33,034 bases of DNA from a virus. Its lineage: Duplodnaviria; Caudoviricetes. Numbering within the stretch: the stretch's first letter is position 1; each line of letters begins with the position of its first letter. The stretch spans positions 1 to 33,034 of the IMG/VR virus record IMGVR_UViG_3300033067_002175; one strand, given 5' to 3'. Shown here piece after piece: positions 1 to 6,529 of this stretch. A program made the translations under genes and the position numbers. The notes below the pieces were generated by a model. The model searched no databases and was not told the origin of the DNA. It worked only from the letters and a program-made list of their open reading frames with translations.

Positions 1-94
1 GTTTTTCGATTTCATTAATAATATCTGCAAGTTCTTGCAGTTTACTATTTAAATGTTTTTTGATATCTTCTCAGAGAACATTTTTGTTCGTCAT
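1..94 (-). pseudogene. 5' part of a gene truncated by the window edge, with in-frame TGA at codon 8 (MTNKNVL*EDIKKHLNSKLQELADIINEIEK...)
   Basis: ATG at 94-92 preceded by C-rich AACCCCCA like other early genes; TGA at 73-71; the frame stays open and helix-like to the window edge. Confidence 0.35.
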
Positions 95-167
95 TGGGGG
101 TTTGGTTATATTGTAGAATTAAGCACTTTGCATGATACCAAACCCCTTTTGTAATAGCAAGAGCAAT

Positions 168-176
168 TGATATAGT
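168..176 (+). promoter_or_regulatory. Extended -10 promoter candidate (TGaTATAGT) for the 196-333 ORF
   Basis: TG-n-TATAGT at 168-176, TTGTAA at 149-154 (16-nt spacer). Confidence 0.35.
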
Positions 177-195
177 AATTCCATTAAGTTAATTT

Positions 196-333
196 ATGGC
201 TGAAGAAAAACAAAAAAAAGACACGCTCGGTAGAAATCGCTCAGAGGAGTATAAGAAGACACTAAAAATAGACCTCCCTTTTGAGGAGGCCTTAAAAATA
301 GTGACGAAAGATAAAGAGAAGCCTAAGAAATAA
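196..333 (+). CDS. Small charged hypothetical protein, 45 aa (MAEEKQKKDT...LKIDLPFEEALKIV...)
   Basis: Translated by hand, below the ORF-track cutoff; AT-rich TTTATG start context; stop abuts the stop of 334-558. Confidence 0.55.
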   Translation: MAEEKQKKDTLGRNRSEEYKKTLKIDLPFEEALKIVTKDKEKPKK

Positions 334-558
334 TCAACGTAGGTGCGTCAAGTGGATAATTGCCAAACTTAAAATATATTCTTTTGCTTCCTCTAATGTT
401 TTGAAGATTTTTGATGGAAGCAATTTATATCCACTAAGCACCGCGAAGTCATTAGCAAACATTGTATTTTGAGCATAAATAGAAACTTGAGAAAGTGGCA
501 AAAAATCATACGTTGTAACCCCTTCGCCATGAGCATCTTTTTTAAATAAGCTTTTCAT
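334..558 (-). CDS. Hypothetical protein, 74 aa
   Basis: ORF track; has its own strong promoter upstream. Confidence 0.65.
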   Translation of the reverse strand: MKSLFKKDAHGEGVTTYDFLPLSQVSIYAQNTMFANDFAVLSGYKLLPSKIFKTLEEAKEYILSLAIIHLTHLR

Positions 559-589
559 AAAATATTGGGTTAATTGATCTTACGTACCT

Positions 590-618
590 ATTGTATCAAT
601 CTGTGGGCACAGAGTCAA
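590..618 (-). promoter_or_regulatory. Sigma70-type promoter TTGACT-17-TACAAT with palindrome CTGTG-gg-CACAG in the spacer
   Basis: -35 at 618-613, -10 at 595-590 with extended TG; palindrome at 601-612. Confidence 0.65.
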
Positions 619-653
619 TAGCATTTTATCAATTAAGTAGCCAAAGTGCCGGC

Positions 654-965
654 TCATGGCGTGGGTACATTTTGCTTCATGCAAGACATAGTCTGATTAG
701 CTTTTCCCTGGTCTAGGATATAACAATCTACACCTCTTTCATCATCTCCAACTCTAGAAAAACGAGGAGATATGATGTTTGAGTATTCTTCATTAGTAAG
801 GCATTTTTGAGCACCATTTTCATCGGTATAGATTGACAAAGGGAGTGGGCAGGTAGAGCGATCTTCAGCTTCTTTAATGCGCCCACTCCAAACCATCAAA
901 ATTAAAAGTGTTAAACCAAACCAAACAATGAAATAGTTTTTAAGCCAAGAGAGTAGTTTTTTCAT
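654..965 (-). CDS. Membrane-anchored exported protein with 4 Cys (hypothetical)
   Basis: N-terminal hydrophobic helix YFIVWFGLTLLILMVW followed by a polar Cys-containing domain. Confidence 0.65.
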   Translation of the reverse strand: MKKLLSWLKNYFIVWFGLTLLILMVWSGRIKEAEDRSTCPLPLSIYTDENGAQKCLTNEEYSNIISPRFSRVGDDERGVDCYILDQGKANQTMSCMKQNVPTP

Positions 966-981
966 ATTTAAGGATTAGGAA

Positions 982-2157
982 TTAGTCACCTTTTACATTA
1001 AGAATCTGCTTGAAAGTATGTTCGATCTTTACAAGTTCGGAAGCATTTTGCATAACTTCGTCAATGCTTTTATAAGCACCCGGAAGCTCATCAAGCAAAG
1101 ATTCTTCGTATCTGCATTCTATACCCTCCATGTCTTTTTTCATATCTTCCATAGTGAAGAGACTTCTTGCTTTATTCCGGCTGAATCTTCGACCAGCTCC
1201 ATGAGGGGAAGAGTTAAATGACATGGCGCATCCAAGGCCAGATACGACATAGCTTGCCGTCCCCATACTCCCAGGGATCAGGCCTTTTTGCCCTTCGCGT
1301 GCTGAAATGGCTCCTTTTCGAGTGAGCCAAACATCTTGATTAAAATGATGCTCTTTTTGGGTAAAATTATGATGACAATTAATTCTTTCAAGTTCTTCTA
1401 CTTCTCCGATAGTATATTTAAGCTCTAACAAGACCCTTTCCATCATCTCTTCTCGATTCAAAAGAGCAAAATGCTGAGCCCAATTTAGGTGTGCAATGTA
1501 TTCTTTAAACATTGGATCACTTTCGACTAAGTAGGCAAGATCAGGATCTTTGAGCTGAATAAGGTATTTTTGGCATATCTTTTGAGCTTCCTTGATGTAA
1601 TGACAAGCCATTTTGTTTCCGATTCCACGGCTTCCAGAATGCAAAAACGCCCAAACGTTATCTTCTTCGTCTATTGTGATTTCAATAAAATGGTTTCCGC
1701 CTCCCAAAGAGCCTAGTTGACGCTCCCAGTTTTTATCAAACTTTTCAGGATCAGCACCTAGTTTTGAAGCCAGCTCTTTTAACTCCGCAATGCGTGGCTC
1801 AGCGGTTGGCTGAATCTTTGAATTATAAACTGGCATACGCCCAACGCAAGGCACTCTGCGCTCAATCCCTATTCGCATAGCCTTAAGATCTGATGGTAAA
1901 TCAGAACGTTTGAATTGAGTTTTAACGGCAATCATGCCACAACCTATGTCTACACCCACAGCAGCAGGAATTATCGCTCCTTTGGTAGCAATTACAGACC
2001 CTACAGTGGCTCCTTTCCCCAAATGGCAATCTGGCATCACGGCCAAATGCTTGAAAACAAATGGCATTTCAGAGATATTGTAGAGTTGCTGTAATGCTTC
2101 TGGTTCGATGGATTCTTTTGGTAACCATGTGACTATTCTATCGCTTATTTGATACAT
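982..2157 (-). CDS. rtcB: RtcB-family RNA ligase (2',3'-cyclic phosphate/3'-phosphate to 5'-OH)
   Basis: Motifs MPDCHLGKG, VGVDIGCG, GSLGGGNHF, HSGSRG, HHN, IPGSMG, HGAGR, DELPGAYK, C-terminal NVKG. Confidence 0.97.
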   Translation of the reverse strand: MYQISDRIVTWLPKESIEPEALQQLYNISEMPFVFKHLAVMPDCHLGKGATVGSVIATKGAIIPAAVGVDIGCGMIAVKTQFKRSDLPSDLKAMRIGIERRVPCVGRMPVYNSKIQPTAEPRIAELKELASKLGADPEKFDKNWERQLGSLGGGNHFIEITIDEEDNVWAFLHSGSRGIGNKMACHYIKEAQKICQKYLIQLKDPDLAYLVESDPMFKEYIAHLNWAQHFALLNREEMMERVLLELKYTIGEVEELERINCHHNFTQKEHHFNQDVWLTRKGAISAREGQKGLIPGSMGTASYVVSGLGCAMSFNSSPHGAGRRFSRNKARSLFTMEDMKKDMEGIECRYEESLLDELPGAYKSIDEVMQNASELVKIEHTFKQILNVKGD

Positions 2158-2167
2158 TTTGAAAGGG

Positions 2168-2599
2168 TTAAGGATTGATAATTTTTGATTCTAATTCTGC
2201 CAGATCAGAGCTGTTTCGTATAGATAATAAGTCTCTTTTAATTTGTCTATTATTTTCTAATTCTTCCTCTTTCTGTTCCGCTCGGCTCACTAAATCTTGA
2301 GCAGCCAAGAGTTTTGCTACACACATTTGAGTTGATTCATTAGGGCGTTCACAGTGATTCCAAATAAAATTTTCCCAATTTTTAACCAAATCCCTAGCCT
2401 CGGCGAGTTTGTCGGGCTTTCGAGATTTGGCATAAGCATAAGCATCAGCAGCAATTTTTTCTATTTTCTTTTCCGCATTTTTTATATCTTCTTGCGTTGG
2501 AAAATCTAAATTTTCTGAATCACCAGAATATACTATATGGCCTGTGCATCCAGCGAGACATTTTTTCTTTTTCTCTTCTGGGGCGGGGGTGTTGGTCAT
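2168..2599 (-). CDS. Hypothetical phage protein
   Basis: ORF track; ATGA overlap with upstream gene. Confidence 0.7.
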   Translation of the reverse strand: MTNTPAPEEKKKKCLAGCTGHIVYSGDSENLDFPTQEDIKNAEKKIEKIAADAYAYAKSRKPDKLAEARDLVKNWENFIWNHCERPNESTQMCVAKLLAAQDLVSRAEQKEEELENNRQIKRDLLSIRNSSDLAELESKIINP

Positions 2600-2805
2600 G
2601 GGGAGTTGGGGTTATAAAGTTCATTATGAGACTTGATGCATCGCGGGATATTTTCAATCGCTGCCCAACCTTTACACTCTTCATAATCACATTGGCACGG
2701 AAGAGCGATTAAACCTTCTTCTTCAAAGCTTTTAAAGCCAGAATTTTCGCAATACATTTTGATGAATTCATCCTTGGTCATTATTTGAGAAATGATATTG
2801 GTCAT
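2596..2805 (-). CDS. Small Cys-rich hypothetical protein (CQCDYEECKGW)
   Basis: ORF track; tight operon packing. Confidence 0.7.
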   Translation of the reverse strand: MTNIISQIMTKDEFIKMYCENSGFKSFEEEGLIALPCQCDYEECKGWAAIENIPRCIKSHNELYNPNSP

Positions 2806-2817
2806 GGGGATTTTGGG

Positions 2818-3315
2818 TTAAAATTGTTCAAAAAAGGATTCAATTGACTTCCCGAATGCAAGATGGTCAATAAAAGAGTGCCAATACCATTTCCAATCAC
2901 AACAAGCGAAATTTATCTTTTCGTTTCCCCAATCCATAGCTTTCCCAAGGGATTGCCAAAAAACAGGTTTTAAAAGTAAGGAAGGAAGATTTGAATATTC
3001 TGCTTTATCCAAGCCACCTTCATAAGCTTTTTGAATTATTTGCTCCATAACTCTCTTCTCCTCCTTAGCGTCAGGAGGGGGGAGGGGAGCGTAGTCACCA
3101 AGTGGACAATACACTTCATGTCCTTTAATCCCACGATTTAAAGGGCATTTGCATTTCTTCTCTTCCAGCCCTTCATCAGGTACAGCGTTACAGGGTTGTC
3201 GACAATCTTCTTGAGTACAGTAATAGAAATTTGTACCTTCGCCACCATAACTAACACCTAATTCTGCTCTATGGCAGTTACTTACTTTAGGGAATCTTTT
3301 TTGAGGTTCATTCAT
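2818..3315 (-). CDS. Hypothetical phage protein with Cys/His-rich N-terminus and aromatic C-terminal domain (WHSFIDHLA..K..ESFF)
   Basis: ORF track; overlaps the upstream stop. Confidence 0.75.
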   Translation of the reverse strand: MNEPQKRFPKVSNCHRAELGVSYGGEGTNFYYCTQEDCRQPCNAVPDEGLEEKKCKCPLNRGIKGHEVYCPLGDYAPLPPPDAKEEKRVMEQIIQKAYEGGLDKAEYSNLPSLLLKPVFWQSLGKAMDWGNEKINFACCDWKWYWHSFIDHLAFGKSIESFFEQF

Positions 3316-3520
3316 TGAGATTTCGTAAATTAATAAAGAATTGTTCCGCTTCTGGTTGTGTTAAAGAGCCATTTTCCAAAAGATCAAAAAATGATTTCAG
3401 CCCTTCTTCAGTTATTACCCTTTCGCCATCATCAAGCACAGCAACTTCAATTTCATGAGTTCCTAATTTAATTTTACCGATAAATTTTGCGGTTCTTATT
3501 TTTTGAGGTTCTGGTTTCAT
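3308..3520 (-). CDS. Small protein resembling the N-terminal region of P63C-domain phage proteins
   Basis: Motif GKIKLG..EIEVAVLDDGERVI recalled from that family; no C-terminal P63C domain present. Confidence 0.55.
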   Translation of the reverse strand: MKPEPQKIRTAKFIGKIKLGTHEIEVAVLDDGERVITEEGLKSFFDLLENGSLTQPEAEQFFINLRNLNE

Positions 3521-3544
3521 AAGGTATAAAGGTTAATTATTTAA

Positions 3545-3757
3545 TTACTTTTCAACTTCCACATAACATCTAGGACAAAAATAAAATAATTTTTCATTTT
3601 CTTTCCCAATATGAACTATTGAATTACAAAATCTATGTGATAAGTAACCAAATCGGTAATCTGGATCACTTTCATTAGAATTTATTTCTTGTGAAGAAAT
3701 TTCTCCTAAGTCTTCCCATTTATCTTTAAAGAAAAAAAATTTATAATTTGGAAACAT
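3545..3757 (-). CDS. Small hypothetical protein, possible Zn-ribbon (HxxC...CPRC)
   Basis: ORF track; HRFC and CPRC motifs. Confidence 0.6.
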   Translation of the reverse strand: MFPNYKFFFFKDKWEDLGEISSQEINSNESDPDYRFGYLSHRFCNSIVHIGKENEKLFYFCPRCYVEVEK

Positions 3758-3759
3758 AA

Positions 3760-4170
3760 TTAAGTAAAAATATCATGTAAAACCTCGCTTGCTCTCATCT
3801 GTCCGACTATACGGGTGAGTTCATTTTTAGCCCTGATAAAGCGAGAATCAGAGCAAACATCAACTAAACCATTTACTTTTTCATAATGCTCAAGCTGAAG
3901 GCCTGAAACTATAATTCTAAACTGTCTTTCGGCTAGATTATGAGTAACTATACGCTCAGCCATTACAGAGCCAACAGACCGCCTTAAAACATCCTGAGCT
4001 TTGTGTATAGCTTTAAGATCGCCATTGGCCTGTTCTACTGCTTGATCATAAGCAGCTTTGGCTATTTCAGCTTTAGAGATTGGCTGTGTATCTTCAGGAC
4101 TATCTTCAAAGGTTGGTGGAGGGACGATAGTTCCAAGAGTAGAGGATTCAAGTAATTCAGAATGTTCCAT
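3760..4170 (-). CDS. Hypothetical protein
   Basis: ORF track; operon packing. Confidence 0.7.
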   Translation of the reverse strand: MEHSELLESSTLGTIVPPPTFEDSPEDTQPISKAEIAKAAYDQAVEQANGDLKAIHKAQDVLRRSVGSVMAERIVTHNLAERQFRIIVSGLQLEHYEKVNGLVDVCSDSRFIRAKNELTRIVGQMRASEVLHDIFT

Positions 4171-4173
4171 ATT

Positions 4174-4335
4174 TTAGAGATATTGAGATAAAAATTTGAC
4201 CCGTTTCTTGTCTTCAGATTCACGACGTTTCATTTTTTCATGAATCTTCTTTTTAAAGAGTTCGATACCGTGAGTTGGTTTTGATTCAAAGATCTCTTTG
4301 AGTTCTGAATCTAGGAATGTTGTGTAGATTTTCAT
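4174..4335 (-). CDS. Small hypothetical protein, 53 aa (MKIYTTFLDSELKEIF...)
   Basis: Translated by hand; fills the gap between neighbours. Confidence 0.6.
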   Translation of the reverse strand: MKIYTTFLDSELKEIFESKPTHGIELFKKKIHEKMKRRESEDKKRVKFLSQYL

Positions 4336-4353
4336 GTTTATTTGGGTAAAAAA

Positions 4354-4713
4354 TTAAGATTGATTATATTTTTGGATGACCGTAGAGAGCCATTCGATTG
4401 ATCCTTGAGTTGTAGCTTTAAAGTTTCCATTTACCCATTTATTTGCAAGTTCCTGATTTGGGAATGCCTTATAGTGAGTGCTCCAGATGCGTTTAAACTC
4501 CTTAAAAGAATCGGCATGGCTATTGAACCGTTTTAGAGATCGATTGCCATTTTTATCGAAAACCATGATGCCAAAACAGTTCTTTACTGAGAGAGCTGAC
4601 CCTTTTGTGCATCCAGAGGTTTCAGCCACACTTACGGACCTTGCCAATTTATCCAGATCAAACGATACTTGTTTTACTTCCTTCTCGGGGAGTACTTGGG
4701 GCGTAGGTTGCAC
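4354..4713 (-). CDS. Lysozyme-fold (glucosaminidase/muramidase-like) domain; probably the C-terminal part of a -1 frameshift fusion with 4740-5072
   Basis: SVSVAETS (candidate catalytic Glu), NCFGI and F.S..DSF motifs; frame is open upstream to 4761; GTG start lies in a hairpin. Confidence 0.6.
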   Translation of the reverse strand: MQPTPQVLPEKEVKQVSFDLDKLARSVSVAETSGCTKGSALSVKNCFGIMVFDKNGNRSLKRFNSHADSFKEFKRIWSTHYKAFPNQELANKWVNGNFKATTQGSIEWLSTVIQKYNQS

Positions 4714-4739
4714 TACGCCCTGTTTAACAGTTTTTGGCT

Positions 4740-5072
4740 TTACTGTTGTGCCTTCTGAAAATCACAGACCATATCACGTTTTAGAGGAAGAGTATTGAGA
4801 TCTTTATTGATTGTAATCCCATGTGCTACATCCATAAGATTTGCTTGCGCCACAACCTTTTCTTGTTCGCATAATGCTTTACGTTTTTCTTGCCAGCCCT
4901 GTTCTGATTGTGGAGAGAGAGGCTTATATTCTCTATTGGCCTGAGCTTGGCCATACCAATTAACGACAACGAATAAAGCAACGATTGCGACCATTGAAAA
5001 GATAATTACTTTCTTTTTAAGACTATCTGTAAAGATAGAATCTACCGGGATTGAGGTTTGTTTTGTTTCCAT
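4740..5072 (-). CDS. Single-pass membrane protein ending ...CDFQKAQQ
   Basis: Hydrophobic VIIFSMVAIVALFVVVNW preceded by KKK. Confidence 0.75.
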   Translation of the reverse strand: METKQTSIPVDSIFTDSLKKKVIIFSMVAIVALFVVVNWYGQAQANREYKPLSPQSEQGWQEKRKALCEQEKVVAQANLMDVAHGITINKDLNTLPLKRDMVCDFQKAQQ

Positions 5073-5111
5073 AGTAGGTTTTTGTTTAAGAGATAAAATT
5101 ATTTTTGATTA

Positions 5112-5555
5112 TTAGTTAGCTAAAAGTGGTATCGATTCATATTCCACAACCGTTAATTGCTTAGAGAGTTCGCCTGAAACAAACTCTTTTGCTTTTTCAA
5201 GTCCCGTACGAGTTTTTTCAAGTTCTTCTTCTTTTTTAAGAATATCTTTTGATAGATTCTCAATCGCATCTTCAAAATATTTTTCAACTTCTTCTTTTGA
5301 AGCAGGGAAAATAGCTATATCGTCTGTTCCTTTCAGTATTTTGATTGAAGCATTAACATTGGAATAGCTAGCTTGATATTGCAATATTTGAATAAAAGTT
5401 TTTTCCCCAGAATTAAATAAATCTAAAACTACAGCATAATGAAGTTCTGGGGAGCCATAGGATGGATCTGAAATCATTTTGAATACGTCACCCTTTTTTA
5501 GGTTTGTTATTCGTAAGATATTAACATTGGATTGGATAATTTGTTGTGTTTGCAT
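5112..5555 (-). CDS. Hypothetical protein, beta-rich N-terminus plus coiled coil
   Basis: ORF track; CCATCACC-ATG start context. Confidence 0.75.
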   Translation of the reverse strand: MQTQQIIQSNVNILRITNLKKGDVFKMISDPSYGSPELHYAVVLDLFNSGEKTFIQILQYQASYSNVNASIKILKGTDDIAIFPASKEEVEKYFEDAIENLSKDILKKEEELEKTRTGLEKAKEFVSGELSKQLTVVEYESIPLLAN

Positions 5556-5601
5556 GGTGATGGAGATAAAGAATAATAAATATTTTGATGGGAAAGGTTA
5601 C

Positions 5602-5718
5602 TTATTGCTTTTTTTTCTCTTTACGCAAATGTATTGGTAGTTTTATCCTGCAGTCATGAGACGTATCTTTAAACCAAAGTTTTTGACAACATTTAGGACA
5701 TATTCTATAATTTGCCAT
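5602..5718 (-). CDS. 38-aa Zn-finger-like mini-protein (MANYRICPKCCQKLWFKDTSHDC...)
   Basis: Translated by hand; CxxC...HxC motif and basic tail. Confidence 0.5.
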   Translation of the reverse strand: MANYRICPKCCQKLWFKDTSHDCRIKLPIHLRKEKKKQ

Positions 5719-5743
5719 TGAAATAAAATTAAATAATAAAGTT

Positions 5744-5819
5744 TACTACCCTGCCGTAAACGATAGTCTCTAGTGAAGACACTTGGCCTTATAGAGGTAT
5801 CAATACGTACAGGGCAGCA
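5744..5819 (-). ncRNA. Structured intergenic RNA: long stem leading to a three-way junction
   Basis: TGCTGCCCTG/CAGGGTAGTA, CGTA/TACG, TGATA/TATCG, hairpins CCT-CTATA-AGG and GTCT-TCACTAG-AGAC; G-U pairs form only on the minus strand. Confidence 0.55.
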
Positions 5820-5825
5820 GAGGTT

Positions 5826-5999
5826 TTACTTGTTTTTTTTGACGAACTCTTTTAGAGTCGTTTTGAGTTTTTCTACCTCTTCAAGTAGCAACTCAACTCC
5901 ACGAAACAGTCGTGCTGATTCAGGAGACCTATGAGGGCGGTTCAGATTCTGAACTACCTTCTTTAGGTTAGAGTTTTTCTTTAGAAATGGTTTTGCCAT
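5826..5999 (-). CDS. Small basic hypothetical protein, 57 aa (MAKPFLKKNSNLKKVV...)
   Basis: Translated by hand; ATG at 5999, TAA at 5828-5826. Confidence 0.55.
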   Translation of the reverse strand: MAKPFLKKNSNLKKVVQNLNRPHRSPESARLFRGVELLLEEVEKLKTTLKEFVKKNK

Positions 6000-6025
6000 A
6001 AAGAAAATTAAGAAATAAGAAAGGG

Positions 6026-6230
6026 AATTCTTTCCCTAGAAGAGCAGACAGGCGAGCATTGCCGAGGCTACCGGAGGAATTACCCCACCCGTATCATGAC
6101 TCGTATAGTTAGCTCACACGCCTTAAAGCCTTTTGCGGGTCTGTGTCGACCAGATAACGGACTTGGCTTTCGTCACCGAGTTTGCCCTGCGTCTCTTTCC
6201 GCCACTGTCTGCTCATCCAGAGTAAGAATT
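6026..6230 (-). ncRNA. tRNA-like element C: Leu-type D-arm, expanded centre and T-loop, 26-bp closing stem
   Basis: GAGCAGACAG-TG-GCG-GAAAGAGA-CGC ... CGT-GTGAGC-T[insert]AAT-GCTCGC-CTGTCTGCTC; flanks 6215-6230 and 6026-6041 also pair. Confidence 0.65.
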
Positions 6231-6239
6231 GATATTTTT

Positions 6240-6373
6240 TGGTGGACCCCTCTAGATATTTAGCTGGGCCCTTACAAGTTCAGAAGTTGCTTCGGTACAA
6301 TAATGTGTTGCAATTACTTCCCAAAATTTCTGCCATCGTGGATAGCCAATATCGGCCCACGTCTTGTATAGGG
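6240..6373 (-). ncRNA. Structured element D between tRNA-like elements B and C, ending in an Ala-minihelix-like GGGTCC-ACCA
   Basis: CCCT(A)TACAAG/CTTGTAAGGG closing stem; CGTGG/CCACG, GCCG/TGGC, GAAG/CTTC and TTGC/GCAA helices; GGGCCC/GGGTCC followed by ACCA. Confidence 0.4.
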
Positions 6374-6378
6374 AGGAT

Positions 6379-6526
6379 TAACATCCTCAAAGCAGGTGGC
6401 AAGGGACTTCCACCCTTGCATGGTCGTATCCTTCCTCCTCATTACTACGTTGCAACATAGTAGGGCTGTACAATCCCCATGAGTAGCGTCTTGCAGTATT
6501 CCGCCACACCTGCTTTGAAGATATTA
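6379..6526 (-). ncRNA. tRNA-like element B (core 6392-6513) with a 66-nt central insert and a 20-bp closing stem
   Basis: GCAGGTG-TG-GCG-GAATACTGCAAGA-CGC ... CAT-GCAAGGG-TGGAAGT-CCCTTGC-CACCTGC; no anticodon loop, no CCA. Confidence 0.75.
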
Positions 6527-6529
6527 GAA

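Noticed and set aside
6240-6360. tmRNA gene
   Set aside because: Only about 120 nt, with no T-arm before the acceptor 3' strand and no tag ORF or pseudoknot series; kept only as a minihelix observation
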